Assembly: GCA_977017575.1 (NCBI GenBank)
Contig: CDRNVI010000015.1
Location: 62,001-126,000, forward strand
DNA: 64,000 bases
Origin: Paramoeba atlantica
Taxonomy: Eukaryota > Protista > Discosea
Direction of reading: 5' to 3'
Made by a program: the position numbers and the translations under genes. Below the pieces are notes generated by a model that worked only from the letters and a program-made list of their open reading frames with translations, ran no database searches and was not told the DNA's origin. Shown one piece after another: positions 30,955-40,838 of this stretch. Position 1 is the first letter of the stretch, and each line of letters opens with the position of its first letter.

Positions 30955-31604
30955 AAGAGTTGTTTTAAGCTTTAGTTATAATCCTTTTTTAGCATCTCTA
31001 AAAACTTGTATTGTTGAATGCAGATCGATTTAGGTGTGTATAGGGGGGATAAATGCCGATGAACATGGATTTATTTATACCAGCCTCCTATTTTGTCTTT
31101 TATATGAAACAAACATCGTTGTTTCCCCTTTCCTAATGATATTTCTTGACCTTCATTATTTCTCTTTGTACTTTATCTTCGTACGCTTTTTTATCACATT
31201 CACTAATTTATTATGCATCGAGTTCCTAAAATACTAGGAACTGAAAATAGTTTTTAGTATACGTATTGAATATGCATGACGTAGGGACTAGCGAGTAAGT
31301 AACTTCATTTATCAGCATCGAGTTCACTCCTCTCGCTTATTCCTCCCTATACAAAGGATTGTTCTCACGATAATTTCATTTAGTCTTATACGGTAATGGA
31401 TGTTGACGCCAAAAAATCTTTTTGTGCTGTGTTACAAAACGCTTTACAACTGTTGTCGCAAATTTTTCTTTAGTAACCACCTGCATTTAGAATTATCTCC
31501 CTTACTTTATTCTCTTATTAATAATTATATAATAATGATTATTCTATTATATAATAATCTATTCATTATAAATATGACTTTAGAATAATGACTTAAAGAA
31601 CGCC

Positions 31605-32501
31605 ATGATGTATCGCGATTCTTCTCGGCCTAAAGTAAGCGTGTTTCCTTTGGAGTCGTACAGTTTTCTTGAGAAAACGGTGCACCGACCAGAGCGTGAC
31701 CTTTCGACCGAGGCCCACCTTACTCGACTGCAAAAACGCTACGATCGCAAGGGTTGCGTTCGCACAGTAGAGTCCGTGCTTCTGGTGCACTGCCATTCGC
31801 ACCCTCATGTACTTCTCCTGCAGGAGGACAACGGCAAGGGGGCTTTTCGTCTACCTGGGGGAAAATGTCGTGAGTTGGAAACTGATTTAGATTGCCTGCG
31901 CCGTAAGTTAAAGTCTTTGTTGGGTAGGGATGATAGAACCCCTCCTGCAGGATTTCCGCATCACAGTATTTTTGGTCAGATGAGTGTATTTTCCGTCCGG
32001 TCCGCTCCATCGGTGATCAGCAACCCGGCTTCACGAGACCCTTCTGTCGCAGGTAAAGTTGGTATCCCTGAAGCAGTAGAAGAGAAGAACACCCCTCTCT
32101 CTAAGGACGCGACCCTTGATAGCACCTACGAAAATGCTCAAAATACGGAAACGGATTCCAAAGAGGAAACGACTAGTGCTTCGATTGCTCAGCCACCTGA
32201 AAACCAACATCCTCCGCCTCGAACGTTTCATGTGGCCGAGCTGCTCGCCGAGTGGACACGACCGAACTTTGAGTCGCTGGTCTATCCTTACTGTCCTCCC
32301 CACGTTACCAGCCCCAAAGAGATACGGAGAATTTATCTCGTTCACATGCCTCAAAACCACACGTTTCTCGTACCTAAAAATATGAAATTGTTTGCTGTGC
32401 CATTGTTCGAGTTGTATGACAATACCACCCGATTTGGGAGTGTAGTTTTTAGTAACCTTCCCCAATCTCTGTCTCGATTTGATTTAGCTGCAATGTCGTA
32501 G
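31605..32501 (+). CDS. NUDT21: Cleavage factor Im 25 kDa subunit (CPSF5)
   Basis: RTVESVLLVHCHSHPHVLLLQ, LPGG, WTRPNFE...YPYCPPHVT.PKE and VPKNMKLFAVPLFELYDN motifs. Confidence 0.92.
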   Translation: MMYRDSSRPKVSVFPLESYSFLEKTVHRPERDLSTEAHLTRLQKRYDRKGCVRTVESVLLVHCHSHPHVLLLQEDNGKGAFRLPGGKCRELETDLDCLRRKLKSLLGRDDRTPPAGFPHHSIFGQMSVFSVRSAPSVISNPASRDPSVAGKVGIPEAVEEKNTPLSKDATLDSTYENAQNTETDSKEETTSASIAQPPENQHPPPRTFHVAELLAEWTRPNFESLVYPYCPPHVTSPKEIRRIYLVHMPQNHTFLVPKNMKLFAVPLFELYDNTTRFGSVVFSNLPQSLSRFDLAAMS

Positions 32502-32744
32502 CATTCTCCTACACTGTACTTGACTTGCGATTATCGCGGAGCAAAATTTTTGGAAAATCGTACATATTACACCGCAATCGTATATTACACCGCAAGGTTA
32601 GGCCAGATAGATTTTTCATTATTATGAGAGGTCCCAACCCAAAAGTTCTTGTATTAAAAAATTAGATTTAATTTGAAAGGTCTAATTTTGCAGTACACAT
32701 GAAATTTGCAAACTGGATGGCAGTCCAATTCCCAATCGTTTCTC

Positions 32745-34469
32745 ATGCGTCGCATTCACTGTCTAGACGCTAACCATATATTATCGCGGTGTTTTCATAC
32801 TAGTTCTTGGCTATATCTCAACAGAGTTTATAAAACATTGTCTACCATGACTGAATCAGCACTTTCTGAGGGAGTCGATCAACTTTTGAAAGTGAAGAAA
32901 TCTGATACGGATATGTCTACCAATGAAAGCGGTTACTATCAACAAAGGCTGCGCACCGTAGAAGGTCTTGGCGTAGAAGGCAAGGCCTATCCCCATAAAT
33001 TCCAAATTTCAATGACGCTAGACAAGTATCGAGAAACCTTTGACGACAAACTAGAAAACGGTGAACGATTAGAAGAGAAAAGGGTTTCTATCGCGGGGCG
33101 AATTATGAATATCCGAAGTAGCAGCTCCAAGCTAAGTTTCCTTGACTTACAAGGAGAAGGGGTGAAGATTCAAATCTTTGCGCAGGTGAATTCTTATGAA
33201 GGAGGAAAAGAGGCGTACGATGCGATTCTTAAAATCGTACACCGAGGTGATATCGTAGGAGTGCGCGGAATTCCGTGCAAGAGCCGAACGGGGGAGCTCT
33301 CCATTGTCCCAACCGAGATGACTTTGCTCTCTACATGTTTTCACATGCTTCCCAAGGATTACTATGGTTTCGAGAACCAGGAACAGCGATACCGCCAACG
33401 ATACCTGGATCTTGTCGTGAACGGAAACACACGTCGTATCTTCCAAACCCGAGCAAAAATTATTACCTTTCTCCGTCGTTTCTTCGACGAGAGAGATTTT
33501 CTAGAGGTGGAAACACCGATGATGAATCAGATCGCTGGTGGCGCCGCGGCCCGTCCCTTTAAAACCCACCACAATGATCTCAACCTCGACATGTACCTCC
33601 GCATCGCCCCCGAGCTCTACCTCAAAATGCTCATCGTCGGTGGCCTCGACCGTGTCTACGAAATCGGTCGCCAGTTCCGCAACGAAGGCATCGATCTCAC
33701 CCACAACCCCGAATTCACCAGCATGGAGTTCTACTGGGCCTACGCCGACTACCACGACCTCATGCGTCTCACCGAGGACCTCCTCAGCTCCCTCACCCTC
33801 TCCCTCCTCGGCTCCACCACCGTCCCCTACGACGCCACCGGCGAGCCCCTCACCTTCAACTTCGCCCCCCCGTTCCGTCGGGTCCACTTCATCCCGGAAC
33901 TCGAGCGCTGCACCGGTCGCCCCTTCCCCCCCGATTTCAACGCCCCCTCCTTCCAACCCTTCCTGTTGGATCTGATCCAAAACGTGGCGAAGATCGAAGT
34001 CCCGCTGCCCCATACCGTCCCCCGGCTCCTGGATGCCTTAGCCGGGCACTACATTGAACCCACCTGTGTTCACCCCACCTTTGTCTTAGACCATCCACGG
34101 ATTATGTCCCCGTTAGCCAAATGGCACCGGAGTGATCCACGACTCTCGGAGCGGTTCGAGCTGTTTGTGAACCGCAAGGAGCTGTGCAACGCGTACACGG
34201 AGCTGAACAGCCCACTCGCGCAGAAGGCGTGCTTCGTGCAGCAAATGGAGGACCGTGCCAAGGGGGATGAGGAGGGGATGGAGATGGATGCGGGGTACGT
34301 GAGCGCGCTGGAGTACGGGCTCCCGCCGACCGGGGGGTGGGGGTTGGGGATCGACCGGTTGACCATGTTTTTAAGCAACCAGAGTAATATTAAGGAGGTG
34401 TTGCTGTTCCCGGCGATGAGGCCGGAAGGGGGTGGGGAGGAGGGGAAGGGGAGGGAGGGGAAGAAATGA
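32745..34469 (+). CDS. KARS: Lysyl-tRNA synthetase, class II
   Basis: OB-fold anticodon domain; [36 protein letters not shown] and GWGLGIDRL motifs. In-frame ATGs at 32745 and 32847. Confidence 0.97.
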   Translation: MRRIHCLDANHILSRCFHTSSWLYLNRVYKTLSTMTESALSEGVDQLLKVKKSDTDMSTNESGYYQQRLRTVEGLGVEGKAYPHKFQISMTLDKYRETFDDKLENGERLEEKRVSIAGRIMNIRSSSSKLSFLDLQGEGVKIQIFAQVNSYEGGKEAYDAILKIVHRGDIVGVRGIPCKSRTGELSIVPTEMTLLSTCFHMLPKDYYGFENQEQRYRQRYLDLVVNGNTRRIFQTRAKIITFLRRFFDERDFLEVETPMMNQIAGGAAARPFKTHHNDLNLDMYLRIAPELYLKMLIVGGLDRVYEIGRQFRNEGIDLTHNPEFTSMEFYWAYADYHDLMRLTEDLLSSLTLSLLGSTTVPYDATGEPLTFNFAPPFRRVHFIPELERCTGRPFPPDFNAPSFQPFLLDLIQNVAKIEVPLPHTVPRLLDALAGHYIEPTCVHPTFVLDHPRIMSPLAKWHRSDPRLSERFELFVNRKELCNAYTELNSPLAQKACFVQQMEDRAKGDEEGMEMDAGYVSALEYGLPPTGGWGLGIDRLTMFLSNQSNIKEVLLFPAMRPEGGGEEGKGREGKK

Positions 34470-34500
34470 AGGGGGGATTGTGGTGAAAGTTGAGGGGATG
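33540..34500. other. GC-rich island, C-rich to G-rich switch (LysRS 3' half)
   Basis: C-ending codons about 33540-34080; G-ending codons about 34150-34469; G-runs continue past the stop codon. Confidence 0.8.
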
Positions 34501-34863
34501 TGATGGCTTACGTAGTGGGTTGTACAGGGGATTGAAGACGAGTTGAAATACGGATTTGAGCTAATTGTGTAGGTTTACAGAGTAGCAAAAACTTAATTTA
34601 TGTTGGGCTTTAGGTTTTTTTCTGAATTTACGTTTCCTTCTAATTTGTGTTAGATATACAACGTAAGGTTATTTTTAGTAAGACGCAGAAGCTTTACGAC
34701 TATGATTATCTGGACCTCTTTTTGCACAGAAAACATGGAACTGTTAAGCGGAATGAATATTCTAAACATTATTTAAATAGTGTATTTTAATGTAGGTATC
34801 GCTGCCGAGCAATGTTGAATTGTTCGGAAAAAAAAGGAATTGCTTAAATTAAAATGAGTGCTT

Positions 34864-35233
34864 TTAAATCACTGTTCGGGTTAATATTCCTATACCCTCG
34901 TATTATTCCTACCAGGAATATTAAGTGTTCCAATGGTGCTTAATATTCCTACCCCCTCTCTCCCCAACACCTACCTTGTCTTTGCTTGAGATCCACAATT
35001 TTCATCCTTCAATATTCTACTTTTTTATGATTTTTTCATCAAAATAGGAAGCCCAACGCGCGCACAGTCCCTAAAGAGGCAAAAACGAGCACAAGATCAA
35101 AGAGCGCGCCGCGAAGCGGCGCGAAATGTTTTTTGGTCCTTTTCTGCTAAGTTTTTAATATTCCTATACCTCGTAATATTCCTATACCCTCTTAATATTC
35201 CTACCAGGAATATTAACCCGGACAGTGGTTTAA
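34864..35233. mobile_element. 362-bp TIR element (family C) flanked by TTAA
   Basis: TTAA at 34864-67 and 35230-33; 24-bp TIRs at 34868-91 and 35206-29 match 22/24; repeated AATATTCCTA subterminal motifs. Confidence 0.8.
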
Positions 35234-35396
35234 TATGAGTATTTTTTTTGAAGTAGGTTACTCCACTGTTCAATTAAAAACAAACATGTGTTCAAGCGAT
35301 TCGCTGGACGCACGCGGCAATATTATCTTTACTATCAGACATGTTAGACTAACTACTTACTATGAGAAAAACTTAACATTTATTTCGGAAAATTTT

Positions 35397-35975
35397 ATGG
35401 ATGTCGTAACTCCTGATTTCTCACACATCTGGCTTCGAAAAACTGGAAGGAGCTGTATTCTTGCTGTCGCTGCATTGTCTGGTGTACTTTTATGGCTGCG
35501 TAAAAGTGGACTCTTCTCTACGCTTCGTCGCGTATTTTGTCGTCACCCACGGGAGCCTAATGAAACTACAGGATCTGATATCCGGAGTACTTTCGCAGAC
35601 GTTTCGTTGGGTGAAACCAAGGAGGCTCACTACCCTCCTCTCGCAACTCCGATCCGAGGGTTTACACCTGAAGAGCTACGTCGTTACGACGGTAGCGATC
35701 CATGCTTTTCCTCATCAATTTATATCTCTGTAATGAGACGAGTATTTGCCGTAGGTCCCGACCTATATGGCCCCAACGCACCTTACCATTGCTTTGCGGG
35801 AAGAGAGTGTAGCCGACATTTAGGATTGAGTACCATCGGGGATACCGAGTGTGACAAAGATTATTCTACACTCAACTTTTCACAAAAAGAAACGCTTTTA
35901 AAGTGGTATCAAAAATTTCATACTAAATATGAAACGGTCGGTTGGTATGTGCCCCTTGCGGAATATTTTCAATAA
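35397..35975 (+). CDS. Cytochrome b5-like heme/steroid-binding protein (MAPR family)
   Basis: N-terminal TM segment; FTPEELRRYDG...IYISVMRRVFAV...YGPNAPYHCFAGRECSRHL. Start uncertain (in-frame ATGs at 35235, 35287 region and 35397). Confidence 0.8.
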   Translation: MDVVTPDFSHIWLRKTGRSCILAVAALSGVLLWLRKSGLFSTLRRVFCRHPREPNETTGSDIRSTFADVSLGETKEAHYPPLATPIRGFTPEELRRYDGSDPCFSSSIYISVMRRVFAVGPDLYGPNAPYHCFAGRECSRHLGLSTIGDTECDKDYSTLNFSQKETLLKWYQKFHTKYETVGWYVPLAEYFQ

Positions 35976-36135
35976 TACTACAAATGCCACTCTATTTCGA
36001 TGAAAAGTGCTTATTTACATTTATTCTTGTTCGGTATCTCAGAAGCTTGTTGCTGTTTGTCGAACTTTTTGAAGTAATAGTATCGAAAATTTGCATTGCA
36101 CATCTCTTTTCTCGGAATATAACATTTTTTCGTAG

Positions 36136-36438
36136 ATGAATGCACCCGCTCGAGTCGCTCCAAAATCGTTGCATCAGCTGAGATTGTTCTGTCAGCTTGC
36201 CGTGTTTTGGACTGGATGGGAAATCGGCGCTAGGCAAAAAATTGCTATTCGTGACCGTTGGCACGAGGCACGAGAAAAGAAATGGCTCGAGCGAGCCAAA
36301 GCGCAGCAAATGAAAAGCGATGAAATGGAAAGACTGGCTCCGAAGACCGAACACCCTAGCTTTTCGAAGGATCCTCCTGCCGCGATTAAGTCTCACCTGC
36401 AAAGCTTAGCAAAAGGCAATCTGGATGTTTTCCTTTAA
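36136..36438 (+). CDS. Probable mitochondrial ATP synthase subunit e (kinetoplastid type)
   Basis: 100 aa; APKSLHQLR followed by a TM segment and a charged coiled coil, resembling the trypanosomatid subunit e N-terminus as recalled (not searched). Confidence 0.65.
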   Translation: MNAPARVAPKSLHQLRLFCQLAVFWTGWEIGARQKIAIRDRWHEAREKKWLERAKAQQMKSDEMERLAPKTEHPSFSKDPPAAIKSHLQSLAKGNLDVFL

Positions 36439-36755
36439 AATTCCTAGAACACCATTCTATCTTGTCGAAAATTTATTCAATGTTGAGCGCTATATGCCAT
36501 GAAATCACGCTACATTAGAAAAGTGCAGAATTCGAAAGCAAAGACTGAAGCTCGTTACGTCATTTAGTAGCATGCGTGAGTACTTTCTTGTGTGAATATT
36601 TTGTATAACGTTATTAACGCAATGAACAGTGAACACGACTAGTTGAATAGCTGTTTCTGATAAGTATCACGATACAAAAAAATGCTAATCACAGCCCAGA
36701 GTTTCTATTTGAGACTCTGAATCACTTACTACTGTGTGTACTCATTAAAATCGCA

Positions 36756-36806
36756 AAATTACGGTCCTCAAACTTATTATGGTCCTAAATTACGGTCCTC
36801 AACTTA
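36756..36806. repeat. Short tandem duplication AAATTACGGTCCTCAA x2 plus a partial copy
   Basis: Copies at 36756-71 and 36787-802; partial TTATGGTCCT between them. Confidence 0.75.
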
Positions 36807-36860
36807 CCATACACGTGTAGTATTTCTGTTTTCAAATTTGATATATCAATACGCCATAGC

Positions 36861-38306
36861 ATGCCGAAACAAGAAACTCAAACTAATAATTGTGCATCTT
36901 CTATTGATGCTATAACGCCACAAAAAACGTTCAACGTGGCGTGCGCAATACCTTTGACAGCGAGGTCGGAATCATCAGTCATATCCTTGCGAGAAAAGAC
37001 CTCTCTTGGCTATTGGACTTTACGTGGGAATGAACTACGTCGCTCCTCAAGTTTGCCCAGCAATTTCAGTTCATATTCTCGAACGGGTTGCAGTTTTACA
37101 GAGTCTGAGTGCTCTCCTTCTGTTGTTGCAATAGATGAGTTATATTTGGATGACATAATTATAGCCAGTACAAACGCAGGGCCGCACCAATTGCAATTTT
37201 TACACGATGGCCTATGTGTATTTGCGACACAGGCGCCTCCCTTAATTGAAGAGATTGTCTACTCACCCATGTATTTCGTAGTAGCACTACATTATGAGGA
37301 AATTTATAAAGTGCTAATCCGTGAAACGCGTTTATGTATGCTGTTACATCGTGAAGTAGCAAAGGAGGTAATTCTGCAAATGTGTGCCCAGCTCGTAGAG
37401 TTCCCAGTGACCAAGTGTTCTATAGGTGATTCTGTTTTCTCATCACAAATACAGAGGTATATTGAACATATTCCTGTCGTAGTTCGCTATAACTTGTCTA
37501 CCCCATTGTGTGAATGGGTTAGTGTTGTCCTTCGTGAGCGATCAGCAGGTCTTTCGGAATCCTCAACAACAAACTCACAATATAAAACCAAGGTCATGAT
37601 GTGTATGAAAGAATGCGACGCCCAAATTCGTGACTCACTGGATGAGTTTTCAAAATTCGTAATTCGATTTGCCACTAGCGATGATTTTGTAACCTTTTGC
37701 GCTTTAGCTTCGGAGACCGCACTTGATATTCTAGACATCACATCTCGAGCAGAGGAGCCGAATGTCGTCAAAACCATTCCATTATCACCTGATAAAAATG
37801 GACCACGTTCTTCGAGTATTCGCACGAACTTTCTAAACTCGATTACGCAATGCGAAACTGACTCCATGGACTGTACATCCGAATCTAACCCTCCCAGTTT
37901 TCATGTGAGTCCTACTGTATTTGTTTCCTGTAAAGAAGAAATTGATCCTTGTTCTTCCGAAGGAACGCGACCTTCGAAAAATACTTGTTCAAACGAAGCC
38001 GGTACTTCCTTTTTAGATTCACCTGACGCACTGCAGACCCTTCCCCTCTCGCAGGAATCCGTGTCAAGCATAGAGAAGAATGACAGACCTCGAGACCTTG
38101 CTTGCAGATTAGGAAATGGCAGAAACCTAAACGTCGAAGCATTCGTTATAGATGACACAATGTACAAAACGTCAGATTCGATCAAACAAATTGAAAATGG
38201 TCAGTTTGAAAGTATATTTGCTAAAAGTAGCCAAAAGCGGTCGAGTGAGGATCTGAGTAGTCCCACTCCCTATTTTTCTAACGAGGAAAAACGGATTCGT
38301 ACTTAG
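36861..38306 (+). CDS. Hypothetical protein
   Basis: 481-aa ATG-initiated ORF with S-rich disordered ends; no family recognised. Confidence 0.6.
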   Translation: MPKQETQTNNCASSIDAITPQKTFNVACAIPLTARSESSVISLREKTSLGYWTLRGNELRRSSSLPSNFSSYSRTGCSFTESECSPSVVAIDELYLDDIIIASTNAGPHQLQFLHDGLCVFATQAPPLIEEIVYSPMYFVVALHYEEIYKVLIRETRLCMLLHREVAKEVILQMCAQLVEFPVTKCSIGDSVFSSQIQRYIEHIPVVVRYNLSTPLCEWVSVVLRERSAGLSESSTTNSQYKTKVMMCMKECDAQIRDSLDEFSKFVIRFATSDDFVTFCALASETALDILDITSRAEEPNVVKTIPLSPDKNGPRSSSIRTNFLNSITQCETDSMDCTSESNPPSFHVSPTVFVSCKEEIDPCSSEGTRPSKNTCSNEAGTSFLDSPDALQTLPLSQESVSSIEKNDRPRDLACRLGNGRNLNVEAFVIDDTMYKTSDSIKQIENGQFESIFAKSSQKRSSEDLSSPTPYFSNEEKRIRT

Positions 38307-38332
38307 CAAAGGGAAAACTTAGACAAAAAGAA

Positions 38333-38890
38333 ATGCCTTTGAAAAAAGGAAACAGAAAGCGTTGTCGGTCACAGATTGACAAAACGTCCATTTGTAAAAA
38401 TAGCAAATATGGTACTCAGAATAAGGCAATGAAAGTGTCCTCAACAAATTACCAAAAAATGACTAGGAAGAAAGAGGTGAATTTGAAGGAAACGAAACAT
38501 GTTTTTAGTGTTTCACGCAAATGCGAAGTACATGACATGTTCGATCTTCGCATTCCATTGGAAAAAACATTTTTTTCACAAAAGAAAAAAATTAAAGGTA
38601 AATCCAGAAAAAGTAGAAACAGACCTGTTGATGCAACATTGGGATACGGGTTGACTTCTACAGTTCTAAGGACAAGAGGACATTCTGCAACGACTCAAAC
38701 CCCTCTAAAGCGCTCTCCAATGAATCGCACGGGTCTCATTTCTCTAAAGTCGGATCGAATTGTACGTGCGTTAAATAAACCAAGTGCCACGAATCGCGAT
38801 AAAATGAATTGCGCATTATTCTCCCTGCGGTGCACCATGAACAAGCTGTCAAAAGGTATAAGTGAACTTTATAACCTCATAAACGCATAA
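38333..38890 (+). CDS. Hypothetical basic (K/R-rich) protein
   Basis: 185-aa ORF; starts only 26 nt after the previous stop, so its status is doubtful. Confidence 0.4.
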   Translation: MPLKKGNRKRCRSQIDKTSICKNSKYGTQNKAMKVSSTNYQKMTRKKEVNLKETKHVFSVSRKCEVHDMFDLRIPLEKTFFSQKKKIKGKSRKSRNRPVDATLGYGLTSTVLRTRGHSATTQTPLKRSPMNRTGLISLKSDRIVRALNKPSATNRDKMNCALFSLRCTMNKLSKGISELYNLINA

Positions 38891-39439
38891 GCGTGTTAAA
38901 AGTGGTATATTTCACTACTTAGGCTATTACTTTCGATCATATTTGCCACAGGATACTTGCCACAGGTATTATGCTTGGTGTGTTAGGGGCCCTAACTTAG
39001 GGCCATTATATGTCTCTCTTCAGGTTGCCATAATGAAATTAAACTCTAGACGAAGATCTTGCCATTAAGTTCTTAGTATTGTATGACAGCGATAGGCTAT
39101 CAGAATTCAAGCGACATAAAGATGTTTACTTTTTCTTTATGTGGAACTACGTTTGTTGACATAATCTTGCTCGATTTCCGCAATCCACTCAGATTAACAT
39201 TGGACAGACAATTATCCCCCTGAAACCCCCTATAATCTTGCACGAGAGAGAGATAATTTACTGTGTTTCTTGCATCCAACGTGTTTATTCCCTATAAATT
39301 TGTTGTAAACGAACTGAATCTTTAAACGGACATGAATCTACGTGCATACCGCACGTGAAACATAAACATTTTTTTAACACAGCTTTTGGGCGCCTTTGAA
39401 TAGCCCAAATATTTTTCTACACATCCTACATAAATTCTT

Positions 39440-40480
39440 ATTCTCATTTCCTCTGTATCACGTCATATCTTTCTTCTGTTTCCTCCTTTCTCTCCCTCCT
39501 TATGCAACCTTCCTCCTCCTCCTGCGCCGGATGCGGCTCCCCCCACCCCACCCTCGCCTGCCCCACCTGCAAGGAACTCCGTCTCCCCCCCACCCTCTTC
39601 TGCACCCAAGCCTGTTTCCGCAAAAACTGGAAAGCCCACAAATCCACCGCCCACAACCCCGACGCCTGTACCCTACGCACCATGCCTGACACCAGCCTGC
39701 TCTCCTTCCCCTTCACCGGTGCCCTTCGCCCCGGGCGTGTCACCCCGAAGCGCCCCGTCCCTTCCCATATCCGAACCCCCGACTACGCCTCCCACCCCGA
39801 CGGTCGCAGTCTTCTTGAAGAGAACGATCTCCGAGGCGCCATCCCGGTCCACGCGGACCCCAACGTGGTTGCGAAAATACGAACCGTGTGTGCGCTCGCA
39901 CGGGAGGTGATCAACCTGGCCATGACCCACGTCGCGCCCGGGGTCACCACGGAGGCCCTGGACCGGGTCGTGCATGCGGCCACGATTGCCCGCGGGATGT
40001 ACCCCTCCCCCCTGGGGTACTACGGGTTCCCCAAGTCCGTGTGTACCTCCGTGAATGAGGTGATCTGTCATGGCATCCCCGATGCCTATGTGCTGTGTGA
40101 GGGGGATATTGTAAACCTCGATGTGAGTTGTTACCTCGAGGGGGTCCATGCGGATTTGAATGAGACGGTGTTTGTGGGGAAACCGTCCAAGGCGACAGTG
40201 AGGTTGGTACACTGTGCGTATGAGTGTTTAGCCGAGGCGATCGCGTTGTGTCGTCCAGGGTGTTTTTACCGCAACCTGGGGGAGGTGATCACGCGTCGGG
40301 CGGAGAAAGAGGGGTGTAGTGTGGTGCGTACGTACTGTGGTCATGGTGTAGGGGAGCAGTTTCATTGCGCCCCGAATGTGCCTCACTACGCTAATAACAA
40401 GGCGGTAGGGGTGATGACTCCGGGACATGTGTTTACGATTGAGCCGATGATTAACCAAGGGGTGTGGGGGGATGTTACAT
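39440..40480. other. GC-rich island, C-rich to G-rich switch (MetAP1)
   Basis: C-rich about 39460-39860, starting upstream of the ATG; G-rich about 39900-40480. Confidence 0.75.
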
Positions 40481-40638
40481 GGCCGGATAATTGGACGTCA
40501 ACCACGAAGGACGGGAAGTGGTCGGCTCAGTTCGAGCATACACTGCTGATAACAGAGAACAGCGTGGAGATTTTAACGGAAACCGAGGAGCCGTATTATC
40601 GTAAGCAGCTTCGTGAAATGGGAATCGAGCTTCCGTAA
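39502..40638 (+). CDS. METAP1: Methionine aminopeptidase 1
   Basis: N-terminal Cys/His zinc finger; FPKSVCTSVNEVICHGIPD, DIVNLDVS, HADLNET, GHGVG, FTIEPMIN and SAQFEHT motifs. Confidence 0.97.
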   Translation: MQPSSSSCAGCGSPHPTLACPTCKELRLPPTLFCTQACFRKNWKAHKSTAHNPDACTLRTMPDTSLLSFPFTGALRPGRVTPKRPVPSHIRTPDYASHPDGRSLLEENDLRGAIPVHADPNVVAKIRTVCALAREVINLAMTHVAPGVTTEALDRVVHAATIARGMYPSPLGYYGFPKSVCTSVNEVICHGIPDAYVLCEGDIVNLDVSCYLEGVHADLNETVFVGKPSKATVRLVHCAYECLAEAIALCRPGCFYRNLGEVITRRAEKEGCSVVRTYCGHGVGEQFHCAPNVPHYANNKAVGVMTPGHVFTIEPMINQGVWGDVTWPDNWTSTTKDGKWSAQFEHTLLITENSVEILTETEEPYYRKQLREMGIELP

Positions 40639-40838
40639 TGCAAGGTGATAACACCCGCATCCTCGTTGAGCATCTGGAAGCATAGACGAAAAAAGTGATT
40701 AGGTTTCGTATAGTAGCAAAAAAGATATGCATTGTTCAAAAACTTGTTCTTATTCTTGATACGATTCTGCTTACTTCATACACCCTCCTGGGATGAAAAA
40801 AGTCTATTTTAAATGTACTTCCGTTTTTTAACTCCCTG

